Both the position numbers and the translations under genes were made by a program. From positions 979 to 64,978 of the forward strand of contig CAJWSY010000003.1 in NCBI GenBank assembly GCA_913045935.1: DNA of 64,000 bases, written 5' to 3'. This document shows, one piece after another, positions 38,249-47,901 of this stretch (positions are counted from its first letter, which is position 1; each line of letters starts with the position of its first letter). This DNA comes from an uncultured Chloroflexota bacterium (GTDB lineage Bacteria > Chloroflexota > Dehalococcoidia > Lucifugimonadales > GCA-002694895). Under the pieces are notes generated by a model. That model was not told the DNA's origin. It did no database searches and saw nothing but the letters and a program-made list of their open reading frames with translations.

Positions 38249-39889
38249 ATGAAGACTATTGTGTATATTGTTGGATTTTCTGGGACTGGCAAATCAGTCT
38301 CATCAGAACTTGCAGCCAAATCATTAGGATGGAAATATTATGATATGGACAAAATTATAGAGTACGAATCAGGGAAATCAATAAATGAAATTTTTGATAG
38401 TAATGGGGAATCTTGGTTCAGGAAAAAAGAATCTGAATTATTAATCAGACTATCAAAAGAAAGTAATTGTATTATTTCTACAGGGGGAGGAGTTCCAATT
38501 TCAAAAGATAATATAAAAAAAATGAATCAAACAGGATATGTGATATCTTTAGATGCTTCAATTAGTACTATTATAAAAAGATTAGATCAAAATAATGTTG
38601 ACGGTGAAAATGAAAAGACAATCAGGCCTAAATTATCAAATTTTACCCCTGAAAAAATAAAAAAACTTAAATCTGACAGGTCGGATGCATATTCTAGTTC
38701 AAATTATATTATTAATACAAATAACAAAACTGTGGAAGAAGTTGCAAATAATATAGTTTATGAAACTGAAAAATATATATCAGACTTAATTGGTAATTCG
38801 TTATCTAAAATTGATTCTTTTTGTACAAATGTAAAATCTAAAAATGATCAATATGGAGTATTTGTTGGTTTGGATATATATAAAAACTTACCTCAGGTAA
38901 TATCAAATTTAACCAATAGAGATAAATTTTATTTACTTGCAGATGATGGATCTAAATCTTATATGAGAGATATACAAAACATATTTGAATTAGCGGGCAA
39001 AAATACTACTACTTTTGTTATTCCTCAAGGTGAGTCTAGTAAATCATTAGAAATATCCTCAAAAATTTATGAGTGGTTATCAATCGAACATGCTGATAGA
39101 GGTGATATGTTAATTGGGATTGGGGGAGGAGTGGTTGGAGACATTACAGGTTTTGTTGCTTCCACATACATGCGAGGGATAAAATTTGTTTTACTTCCTA
39201 CAACACTTCTTTCTATGTCTGATTCATCAATAGGTGGCAAAACTGCTGTAGATGTAAATAATATAAAAAATTTGGTGGGTTCGTTTTATAATCCTTCACT
39301 AGTATATTCAGATTTGCGTTCATTAAATACGTTGCCCCAAAGACAAATAAGTTCTGGATGGGCTGAATTAATTAAACATGGATTTATAAAAGATAAAATA
39401 TTATTACGTGAAATGATGGATATTTCAAATTATAAAGATATTGATCAAAACATTAGTGAAATCATAAAAAGAAGTATCCAGATTAAAGGTGACATAGTTA
39501 CGGTTGATGAAAATGAAAAATATGGATCACGAATTATGCTTAATTACGGACACACTTTGGGACATGCAATAGAAAGTTCTACAAATTTAGAGCAATATAC
39601 GCATGGAGAAGCCGTTAGTATTGGAATGACTTTTGCTGCAAAATTAAGTCATCATTTAAATATGCTAAGTCATGATGAGCTAGATTTCCATAATAAAATT
39701 TTACAAAAATTTGATCTACCTATAAAGACAAATAATATAGATTGGGATAAATGTTACGAGTTAATGTTAAATGATAAAAAAGTAATAAACGGTCAAATTA
39801 ATTGGATTTTATTAGAGTCACTAGGTAAATCTATTTTGAAAAATGATATAAATAAAGAGACAATATATAAAGTTTTTGAGAGTATGTAG
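38249..39889 (+). CDS. aroB: Fused shikimate kinase / 3-dehydroquinate synthase
   Basis: 546 aa. The N-terminal P-loop GFSGTGKS marks the shikimate kinase part. The C-terminal DHQ synthase part carries GGGVVGDITGFVA and LNYGHTLGHAIE. Confidence 0.9.
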   Translation: MKTIVYIVGFSGTGKSVSSELAAKSLGWKYYDMDKIIEYESGKSINEIFDSNGESWFRKKESELLIRLSKESNCIISTGGGVPISKDNIKKMNQTGYVISLDASISTIIKRLDQNNVDGENEKTIRPKLSNFTPEKIKKLKSDRSDAYSSSNYIINTNNKTVEEVANNIVYETEKYISDLIGNSLSKIDSFCTNVKSKNDQYGVFVGLDIYKNLPQVISNLTNRDKFYLLADDGSKSYMRDIQNIFELAGKNTTTFVIPQGESSKSLEISSKIYEWLSIEHADRGDMLIGIGGGVVGDITGFVASTYMRGIKFVLLPTTLLSMSDSSIGGKTAVDVNNIKNLVGSFYNPSLVYSDLRSLNTLPQRQISSGWAELIKHGFIKDKILLREMMDISNYKDIDQNISEIIKRSIQIKGDIVTVDENEKYGSRIMLNYGHTLGHAIESSTNLEQYTHGEAVSIGMTFAAKLSHHLNMLSHDELDFHNKILQKFDLPIKTNNIDWDKCYELMLNDKKVINGQINWILLESLGKSILKNDINKETIYKVFESM

Positions 39890-40731
39890 TGGTTTTAATT
39901 TTATATTATTTTTTAGCTAGTTTAATATCTTCAACTTTAGGTACATTGATTGGAGCAGGAGGTAGTGCAATATTGGGACCTTTGCTTCTGATTACAGAAA
40001 CTTCTATGGGCACATCAATTGGAGCAAAAAACATAATAGGTACTTCTTTGGCATGTGTAGTAGCAAATAGTGTGTCAGGTTCATATCGGTATTTGAAAAT
40101 AGGAACTGTAGATATCAAAAGTGGTTTGATTTTTAGTGTTATTGGAATTCCTTTTAGCATACTTGCAGCCCTAGCACTCATAGAAATTGATACAACTAAC
40201 TTTAAAATTATGTTTGGTGTCACATTGATATTAATAACGATATTTATGATATATCAATCTATGAAAAATGAAATTATAGGAGAATCAAACAGTATTATAA
40301 AATTGAACAATAAATTTTTCTCAGAAAATAGAGAAATTGTTACAAAAGATTCTCAAATCTATAAATACACATTTAGTATGGGAGTCGCTGCTTTTTATAA
40401 TATATTCTTGGGTTTCGTAGCTACTTTTTTTGGTATTGGGGGAGGAATAATTCGAACACCTTTATTGATTTATATTTCAAGATTTCCAGTAAAGATTGCT
40501 ACTGCCACATCTGTATTTAGCCTACTATTTACATCTTTAGCTGGTACTATTGTGTATTGGTGGCAAGGTTTTTATGATCTTAATTTGTTTTTTCCTGCAG
40601 CAACAGGAGCGTTATTTGGAGCTCAAATAGGCGCGCAAGTAAGTAGGTTTTTAAATGGTCAATGGATTATAAGAATATTAGCTCTTGTTTTATTAAGTAT
40701 GGGATTATTGTTAATTATTCAAAATACTTAA
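39889..40731 (+). CDS. TauE/SafE (DUF81) family membrane protein (second copy)
   Basis: 280 aa, polytopic. The GTG start overlaps the aroK/aroB stop by 1 nt. Confidence 0.75.
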   Translation: MVLILYYFLASLISSTLGTLIGAGGSAILGPLLLITETSMGTSIGAKNIIGTSLACVVANSVSGSYRYLKIGTVDIKSGLIFSVIGIPFSILAALALIEIDTTNFKIMFGVTLILITIFMIYQSMKNEIIGESNSIIKLNNKFFSENREIVTKDSQIYKYTFSMGVAAFYNIFLGFVATFFGIGGGIIRTPLLIYISRFPVKIATATSVFSLLFTSLAGTIVYWWQGFYDLNLFFPAATGALFGAQIGAQVSRFLNGQWIIRILALVLLSMGLLLIIQNT

Positions 40732-40733
40732 AT

Positions 40734-41909
40734 ATGGAACCTTTTTTTAAAATAATAAATGTTGATAATGCTAGCAGGACTGGAGTTATCCATCTTAAGG
40801 GTATAAATATTAATACACCTTGTTTTATGCCTGTAGCAACCCAAGCATCTGTGAAATCATTAGATTCATTTGAACTCAAAGAAATAGGATATAAATTAAT
40901 TTTATCAAATATTTATCACATGGCAGTTAGACCGGGAATAAACTATTTACATAAATTTGGAGGTATCCATAAATTTATGAATTGGGATGGCTTAATTTTA
41001 ACTGACAGCGGTGGATTTCAAGGATATAGCTTAGCCCATAGAGTTAAAATCCGAAACGATGGGATTATTTTTAAAAGCCATTTAGATGGCAAGGAAATAT
41101 ATTTTAAACCTAAGGAAGTTATTGAATATCAAGAAAATATAGGCTCTAATATTATGATGCCTTTAGATATTTGTTTACCAAAAGGGTCCAATGAAAATAA
41201 ATTAATGGAAGCATTAGAAACAACATACAAATGGGGAAAAGAAAGTATTTCTGCTCGTACTTCGTCATCTTCCAAGCTTTTTGGCATAATCCAAGGAGGA
41301 AATAATTTGCAATTAAGAGAAATCTCAGCGAAAAAAATGACCCAACTTGATTTTGATGGCTTTGCATATGGAGGCCTTTCTGTAGGTGAAGATAAAGACT
41401 TAATGATCCAAACACAAATTTCAGCAAATAGATTATTACCGGAAGATAAACCAAGATATTTAATGGGTATTGGTTCTCCTGAAGATTTAGTCCGATCTAT
41501 TTATAACGGATTTGATATGTTTGATTGTGTTTTGCCAACCAGAATAGCTAGAAATGGATCATTATTTACAAATAACGGCAGAATAAATATCTTTAATTCC
41601 AAATATAAAAATTTAGATAAACCAATAGTATTAAATTGTGAGTGTTATTCTTGTCATAATTACAGCGTTGCATATATTCATCATTTATTTAAAGCAAAAG
41701 AATTATTGGGTTATAGAATTGCTTCAATACATAATTTAGCTTTCTTGTATAATTTAATGAATGAAATTCGACAGCATATCAAAAATTCTGATTTTTCTGA
41801 ATTTGTAAATGAATTTTTATCTAAATATAAAGTTCCAAACCAAAAAGTTCAACAAGAACAAAAATCTAAATGGATTGAATCTAAGGGTAGAATAAAAAAT
41901 AAGATTTAA
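40734..41909 (+). CDS. tgt: Queuine tRNA-ribosyltransferase
   Basis: Motifs are LTDSGGFQ, YGGLSVGE, the zinc site CECYSCHNYS and SIHNL. I use the ATG at 40734 (MEPFFKIINV). The ORF-track start at 40662 would overlap the upstream gene by 70 nt. Confidence 0.93.
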   Translation: MEPFFKIINVDNASRTGVIHLKGININTPCFMPVATQASVKSLDSFELKEIGYKLILSNIYHMAVRPGINYLHKFGGIHKFMNWDGLILTDSGGFQGYSLAHRVKIRNDGIIFKSHLDGKEIYFKPKEVIEYQENIGSNIMMPLDICLPKGSNENKLMEALETTYKWGKESISARTSSSSKLFGIIQGGNNLQLREISAKKMTQLDFDGFAYGGLSVGEDKDLMIQTQISANRLLPEDKPRYLMGIGSPEDLVRSIYNGFDMFDCVLPTRIARNGSLFTNNGRINIFNSKYKNLDKPIVLNCECYSCHNYSVAYIHHLFKAKELLGYRIASIHNLAFLYNLMNEIRQHIKNSDFSEFVNEFLSKYKVPNQKVQQEQKSKWIESKGRIKNKI

Positions 41910-41933
41910 TGTCTAGTGTGAAATGAGAATATT

Positions 41934-42740
41934 ATGAAAACAATTCTGAAACTATTAATTATAATTATTGATAAATTTGAACACTCAAATTACTGTAAAT
42001 TAAGAAATGTAATTAGTTTACTTTTGAATAGAGACTATAAATTAAGTTTTGTTAAATCTGAAAATATGTATAAGAAAACATATAAGAATAAAAAGTATGT
42101 ATATTATTCTGATAAAAAAAGAGCTGTTAGAATTCATTCTCCTTACAACGAAATGATTAGTAATTTAATTTATAGTTATTGCCTTGAAAACATAGATTTT
42201 AAAGATAATGATGTGATTATTGACTGCGGAGCTAATATAGGAGAATTAGGTTTGTTTTTTTCTGAACAAAATTTTTTAGTAAACTATATTGGATTAGAGC
42301 CATCCAGTAAAGAATTTTCAGCATGCAAATTAAATAATCCACATTCTGAAATTTTAAATTTAGGATTATGGAACAAAAAAAGTAAATTAAATTTTTACAT
42401 TAAATCTGAAACAGCTGATTCTTCGGTGTTTGAAATTGATGATTATAAAGAGATAGTCACTATTAAAGTAGATAGACTTGATAGCATCATAGATAAAGAA
42501 AAATATAAATCTATAAAATTATTGAAAATTGATGCAGAAGGAGCGGAACCTGAAATTTTAGAAGGTACGAAAAATCTTTTAGGTATAATTGAATATATTT
42601 CTGTTGATGTGGGCCCCGAAAGAGGTATAGATCAGAAAAGTACAGACTATGAAGTAACGACCTTTCTAACAAATAATAATTTTAAATTAATTACAGAAAA
42701 CACTAATAGAAAATCAAAATTGTTTCAAAATAAACATTAA
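41934..42740 (+). CDS. FkbM-family methyltransferase
   Basis: 268 aa. Motifs are VIIDCGANIGELGLFF and LKIDAEGAEPEILEG. Confidence 0.8.
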   Translation: MKTILKLLIIIIDKFEHSNYCKLRNVISLLLNRDYKLSFVKSENMYKKTYKNKKYVYYSDKKRAVRIHSPYNEMISNLIYSYCLENIDFKDNDVIIDCGANIGELGLFFSEQNFLVNYIGLEPSSKEFSACKLNNPHSEILNLGLWNKKSKLNFYIKSETADSSVFEIDDYKEIVTIKVDRLDSIIDKEKYKSIKLLKIDAEGAEPEILEGTKNLLGIIEYISVDVGPERGIDQKSTDYEVTTFLTNNNFKLITENTNRKSKLFQNKH

Positions 42741-44065
42741 TTTATTAAAGATTTCCACTTTTCTACTTCATCGTAAATATCTTTGTCATTAATATAATTA
42801 AATTTTTGATTGTCAGGATGGATAGTATGTTTTCTTTTTATGTATCTATCTAGTTGAGATTTTCTTAGAATTTGTACAATAAAATTTCTTAAATGATAAT
42901 TTAATCCTATTGGTTTGGGGATTATTATATTTTCATTTTTATAGTATTTATTTATATCTCTTTCTATAGGCTTGTGTGTAGTAGATTCTTGATGTATAAA
43001 ATCAACTAATTTTTCTATAACATCATATTCCGGTGATATGTTCTTATTAGCCCATTTTTTTAATTTGAGATCTTTATTATTGTTAAAGCTTTGGTTCTGA
43101 ATTAATTGTTCAAAATTATCAAGAGATTTGATTTTTGGTAAGAATTCAAACCACTCACTGATCATATATTTGGGTAAAGTAAAAGGTTGCAACATATATG
43201 TAGGTTTTTCAGATAAAGCGGATTCGATTAAAGTTGTACTATAATTTGAAATGATTAAATCACTTGATAATATCCAGTCTCTTGCATTCCCTTCTTTGAT
43301 GAAATATAAGTTGGGATGTAATTCTTTATTGATTTTTTTATAATATTTTACAAAATCTGTAGTTGGAGTCATGGGTCTAGGCCTGATAATTAAGTTTATG
43401 TCAAAATTAGAAATAATATGATGTATCCATTTCATTGTTTCTTCATAAGAATTTTTTACAAATAATTGAACTTCTAAAGATATATCTTTATCTTGTTTAA
43501 CCGGTTTAAATACAGATTTGTCTCCTCCGAATATAGCCCCATAATTTTCAGGGAAGAATACCCATGGTTTGTTTTTGTTAATATCATATTTTTTTGATAA
43601 ATAATTTTTATCTAAAAATAAATTATTATATGGAGGTTTGTATAACTGATATTGCAAATTGCCATTCACAAATATATTTTTGTCATTTACACCATTATCA
43701 ATCAAAAATTGTTTGTAGTTTTCACTCCAAGTTAAATGTGTAACTTCATTTTTTACAAATTCACTGGTTGGTTTGCGGAAAGTTAGTTGGTGAGGTCTAA
43801 ATATTTGTTCGTAATTTAAATTTATTATTTTTGCATCACTCCAGGTATAAATAAAAGGAAACACAATAGAATTTAACGTTCTGAAAAAAGGAGTTAATAC
43901 AATCCGGGGTCGTATGGAATTAATATTTGAGCGGTCTCTTGTAGATTTAATATAAACTGAATAATTGTATCTTGTTTCCAAAAGCATTTTTATTATACAT
44001 GCGACTGCAAATTCTCTTGCTTTATGTTCAATTAATATAACTATTGAATGTTTGTCATTATTCAT
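42737..44065 (-). CDS. Putative surface polysaccharide biosynthesis protein (TagF/KpsS-like GT-B fold)
   Basis: 442 aa. The C-terminal half (WVFFPENYG...DWILSSDLIISNYSTTLIESALSEKPTYML) resembles CDP-glycerol glycerophosphotransferase and capsule-synthesis proteins. This is pattern-level recognition only. Confidence 0.4.
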   Translation of the reverse strand: MNNDKHSIVILIEHKAREFAVACIIKMLLETRYNYSVYIKSTRDRSNINSIRPRIVLTPFFRTLNSIVFPFIYTWSDAKIINLNYEQIFRPHQLTFRKPTSEFVKNEVTHLTWSENYKQFLIDNGVNDKNIFVNGNLQYQLYKPPYNNLFLDKNYLSKKYDINKNKPWVFFPENYGAIFGGDKSVFKPVKQDKDISLEVQLFVKNSYEETMKWIHHIISNFDINLIIRPRPMTPTTDFVKYYKKINKELHPNLYFIKEGNARDWILSSDLIISNYSTTLIESALSEKPTYMLQPFTLPKYMISEWFEFLPKIKSLDNFEQLIQNQSFNNNKDLKLKKWANKNISPEYDVIEKLVDFIHQESTTHKPIERDINKYYKNENIIIPKPIGLNYHLRNFIVQILRKSQLDRYIKRKHTIHPDNQKFNYINDKDIYDEVEKWKSLIN

Positions 44066-44095
44066 TGTTACAGTATATTGGACTTTTAAGCCATT

Positions 44096-44923
44096 TTATA
44101 CAATTTCTTCTTCAATGTTTTTATTTATACTTTTGTATTTACCAAGATTTATTGCAGTATCTTTAATATGTTTAAATTCTTCAATAAATCCGTTTTGAGA
44201 TGTTCTTTTATCAGAAGTGTACAATACAAAATTCGCCCCATTTTTGATCCATTTACTTGTGAGATCAGTTGTTTGATGATGGATCATTACCGGGGTATTT
44301 GCTGACTCGCACTTTTGAATTATTTCTTTAAGGGCATCTTCGTATAATTTGTTTTCGTATTCATTAGGAATTCCTAGAGAAACACTTAAATCGTTTGGTC
44401 CAACAAATATTGCGTCTATTCCTTTTGTATCTAACATGTTTTCTAAATTTTCTATTGCAGGAACACTTTCTATACCAATGATGCAAATATTGTTTTTATT
44501 TAAATTTTCAAGATATATTTTTGATTTTTCACTTGGAAAGATATTCTTTTTTACAATATCATCTAATAATTTACCTTTTAGAGGTTTCCATTTAACTGCT
44601 CCTACAATTTCTTCTACTTCGGATTTTGATTCACAATAAGGAGCTAATATTCCAGCTGCACCAGCGTCAAGGTTCATAGTTGCATAATGAGAAGATGGAA
44701 TAGGTATTCTGACTATAGGTGCTACGCTACATAAATTGAATGAATTTACTAAGTTGGCTACTTCTGATCTACTATAAGGAGAATGCTCTGTATCAATCAC
44801 AACATAATCTAATCCGATATTTTCAAAATGGGAAGCCCATCTTGGCGAAATAGAATTTGTTAGCATAGTTCCAAACACACAGTTGCCGTTATCTATTTGC
44901 TTTATTATTTGATGATTTTTCAT
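44096..44923 (-). CDS. HpcH/HpaI-family (class II) aldolase
   Basis: 275 aa. It carries GTMLTNSISPRWASHFENIGLDYVVIDTEHSPYS and FVGPNDLSVSLG. Confidence 0.8.
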   Translation of the reverse strand: MKNHQIIKQIDNGNCVFGTMLTNSISPRWASHFENIGLDYVVIDTEHSPYSRSEVANLVNSFNLCSVAPIVRIPIPSSHYATMNLDAGAAGILAPYCESKSEVEEIVGAVKWKPLKGKLLDDIVKKNIFPSEKSKIYLENLNKNNICIIGIESVPAIENLENMLDTKGIDAIFVGPNDLSVSLGIPNEYENKLYEDALKEIIQKCESANTPVMIHHQTTDLTSKWIKNGANFVLYTSDKRTSQNGFIEEFKHIKDTAINLGKYKSINKNIEEEIV

Positions 44924-45013
44924 TATAGCTATTTTCCTTTAATTTTAATCATATGATAAATTTAAAATTAATTTTTGTATTGAACTTATATGGTAAGATT
45001 GTAAAATTTTGTT

Positions 45014-47215
45014 ATGAATACTAGTTTTACTAAATTATTAAATGAAATCAAGATCTTAGATTTCACAAATCATTATTCAGGTGACATAACATCCATGTTT
45101 TTATCTGATTTTGGTGCTGAGGTTATTAAATTAGTAAATAAAAATACATCTATTAAGGATAAAAATGCTTTTTGGAACCGAAATAAAGAATTTTTATTAT
45201 ATTCTGACTTGGACGATATAGATAATTCAATATTTAATTTATGTACCATTATAATTCACGATTTTCAAATTGATTCATCTGAATATAAAAATTTAAATCA
45301 AAAAATTTATGATTTAAATATCAATGATAAGATCATATGTCACATATCAGCATTTCCCACGAAATCTAGATTAAAAAATGAATTAATGATTGATGAATTA
45401 GTAATAGCTAGGGCTGGAGAAATGAGAATATTACCAGGTCACGGTAAAGCTAGCCCCAAATATTTAATGCATCCAATTACAAGTGTTGGATGTGGAATCA
45501 ATTCTGCTACAGCTATAGTATCAGCTATGGTTTCTAACTCTATTTCAAAAAAACAAATTAATAATATTAATTCTACATTAATTGGTGGATTATTGTTATA
45601 TGCTTCAAACCCGTATCAGGGTGATAAATGGAGAGATTTTGCCAAACCATATGGAGGTGTCCCTTTTTATAGTAGTTACGAATGTAAGGATGGATTTATC
45701 CAGCTAGCTTGTATTCATTCCGGATTTTCTGAAAAAGCTGCTATTGCAATTGATATGCCAGAAATATTATTTGACCCAGAATTTGAACCAATTTTTAGAC
45801 CAACGGGTAGAGACAGGGATAATTTCATTAATGTTGCTACCAAATTATATGATTTAATTGCTGTTACTATGAAAACAAAAACTTGTGAGGAATGGAGTCA
45901 AATATTTGAGGATGCAGATGTACCGTATAACAAAATTAATAATTTAGAAGAAGCAATTAATGATCCTCAGATTATTCATAACAAATTAATTTTTGAAGAA
46001 AATAATATAAAACAAATAGGTGAATTTGTTTCAATCCAATCAACAGAAGTTAAAGAAAATTCCAATAATAATTTCAATCGAGAATCATTTTCTTTACCTT
46101 TAGAAGGATTTAAATCTCTTGAAATCACAAATGTGATAGCAGGACCTGTTGCAGGCAGAATATTGTCAAACTTGGGAGTTGAAGTTATTAAAATGGAGCC
46201 TCCTTCAGGTGAGATATCCAGACCATTGGGAGTTGGATACTTTCAAAATCTGAATCGAAATAAAAAAGGTATTTCTATCAATACCAAGACTACAAAAGGG
46301 AAAAAAATTGCGCAAGATCTTATTAAAGAAGTTGATATATTTCTTGAAAACATGAGACCAGGCGCTGCAGAAAGAGTTGGTCTTGGGCAAAAAGATTTAA
46401 ATGAATTAAATCCCTATATAACACAAACACATATATCAGCTTATGGTCATGACGGACCGTATGTAAATAGACCAGGACTAGACCCAATTGCGCAATCAAT
46501 TACAGGATTGCAAACCATTCAAGGAGGAGGAGGACCTCCTGTGTTTTTAGGAATGTTGGCACCTACTGATTTTACTGCAGGAGGAATGGCTGCACTTGGA
46601 ACTATTGTAGGCCTTTATAATCGGATAAAAAATAATTCTGGTAGTATTGTTAGCACTAATTTGCTATCTGGAGGAATGTTATTAAATGCTCGAAGAATAA
46701 AAGATTATATAGATCGAAAATATATCCCCAAATTTGTAAATGAACATCAAAATGGAATAAGTGAAATTAACAGAGCATATGAAACTAAAGATGGTTGGGT
46801 ATATGTTTATTCAAAAAATTTAAGTAAGCAAAATTTGATCGAAATTGTAAATGAAAAATTTAATACTAAAATATCAGATCTTGAATCCTTTTTTATCACT
46901 CATAATTCTTCAATTTTTATAAAAAACATAAATTCTTCTGATATATTTATTTGCACTGTAACAAATCCAAGAGAAGACGAATATGATTTTTTAAAAAATC
47001 CTATCACATGGGATTTAGTTACTGAATTAGAGCATCCTTCATTAATATCACTTGAAATGGGTCATAATTTATACGATTTTGGACTTAAAGAAATTCCTAT
47101 TTCAAATTACCCTAATTTAGGGGAACACAATAATTTATATCTTAATAATTTAGGTTACTCTTCGGATCAGATAGATTTATTATATAAGGATAAAATAATT
47201 TTCACTGAGAATTGA
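45014..47215 (+). CDS. Tandem-fused family III (CaiB/BaiF) CoA-transferase (two complete domains)
   Basis: 733 aa. There are two N-terminal-type signatures, ILDFTNHYSGDITSMFLSDFGAEVIKL near residue 14 and SLEITNVIAGPVAGRILSNLGVEVIKMEPPSGE near residue 368. The second half has the catalytic-Asp context RPGLDPIAQSITGL and the C-terminal LGEHN. The first half has the more divergent MIDELVIARAGEM. Confidence 0.8.
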   Translation: MNTSFTKLLNEIKILDFTNHYSGDITSMFLSDFGAEVIKLVNKNTSIKDKNAFWNRNKEFLLYSDLDDIDNSIFNLCTIIIHDFQIDSSEYKNLNQKIYDLNINDKIICHISAFPTKSRLKNELMIDELVIARAGEMRILPGHGKASPKYLMHPITSVGCGINSATAIVSAMVSNSISKKQINNINSTLIGGLLLYASNPYQGDKWRDFAKPYGGVPFYSSYECKDGFIQLACIHSGFSEKAAIAIDMPEILFDPEFEPIFRPTGRDRDNFINVATKLYDLIAVTMKTKTCEEWSQIFEDADVPYNKINNLEEAINDPQIIHNKLIFEENNIKQIGEFVSIQSTEVKENSNNNFNRESFSLPLEGFKSLEITNVIAGPVAGRILSNLGVEVIKMEPPSGEISRPLGVGYFQNLNRNKKGISINTKTTKGKKIAQDLIKEVDIFLENMRPGAAERVGLGQKDLNELNPYITQTHISAYGHDGPYVNRPGLDPIAQSITGLQTIQGGGGPPVFLGMLAPTDFTAGGMAALGTIVGLYNRIKNNSGSIVSTNLLSGGMLLNARRIKDYIDRKYIPKFVNEHQNGISEINRAYETKDGWVYVYSKNLSKQNLIEIVNEKFNTKISDLESFFITHNSSIFIKNINSSDIFICTVTNPREDEYDFLKNPITWDLVTELEHPSLISLEMGHNLYDFGLKEIPISNYPNLGEHNNLYLNNLGYSSDQIDLLYKDKIIFTEN

Positions 47216-47816
47216 TTAATTTTAAATAATTTGTTTTTAAATTTTTGTAGATATTTTCAATTTCATCGTTAGTATCAATGATTAAATCTGAATATTGAGC
47301 TCTTTTTTTCCATGGAGTTTGGCTATTAATTCTTTTATTTGCTTCTGTGTCACTTAAATTATTTCTTTTGATTAATCTATTGAGTGCGATATTACTATCA
47401 ACTTTAAATAACCATACCTTATCGCACCATTCTATATAATTTGCCTCAATTAAATTTACTGCTTCGACTATGCCTATTTTTTTATTTTTGATTATCCAAT
47501 TATCAACAATTTTTTTAACTTCGCTACCAATGTCTCCAATGGCGTCAGTTAAATTTTTCATTAAATCTTTATTTTTAAATACTATAGCACCTAATTTTTT
47601 ACGATCAATGTATTTTGTTTTTTCGTCTAAAATATCTTTTCCAAATACATCTAAAATTCTTGAATAAGCTGGTTTTCCTGGTTCGTATAAAGTGTGTACT
47701 AATTTGTCTGCATCACAGTATTCAGGAGCAAATTCTGTGATTAATTTTTGAATATACGTAGATTTACCAGTCGCAATTGAACCTGTAATACCTAGAATAA
47801 TTGTTTTATCTTTCAT
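47202..47816 (-). CDS. coaE: Dephospho-CoA kinase
   Basis: 204 aa with the P-loop GITGSIATGKST. Confidence 0.9.
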   Translation of the reverse strand: MKDKTIILGITGSIATGKSTYIQKLITEFAPEYCDADKLVHTLYEPGKPAYSRILDVFGKDILDEKTKYIDRKKLGAIVFKNKDLMKNLTDAIGDIGSEVKKIVDNWIIKNKKIGIVEAVNLIEANYIEWCDKVWLFKVDSNIALNRLIKRNNLSDTEANKRINSQTPWKKRAQYSDLIIDTNDEIENIYKNLKTNYLKLINSQ

Positions 47817-47901
47817 AATTTTTTTAAATCTTTGTATTATTGTTTATTTATTTGTAATTATATGGTAAATTTTCGAAAAATAGTTCATAAAGGGTGTATA
47901 T

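Noticed and set aside
40662-40733. ORF-track 5' extensions of tgt (start 40662) and of the FabG-like SDR (start 32163).
   Set aside because: The extensions overlap upstream genes (70 nt for tgt) and add non-homologous residues. Internal ATGs at 40734 and 32121 give canonical N-termini.
44939-44971. Inverted repeat TTAATTTTAA ... TTAAAATTAA (13-nt spacer containing TCATATGA) between the HpcH aldolase and the CoA-transferase.
   Set aside because: It is composed only of A and T in an AT-rich promoter region. That makes it too likely by chance to call an operator or hairpin.
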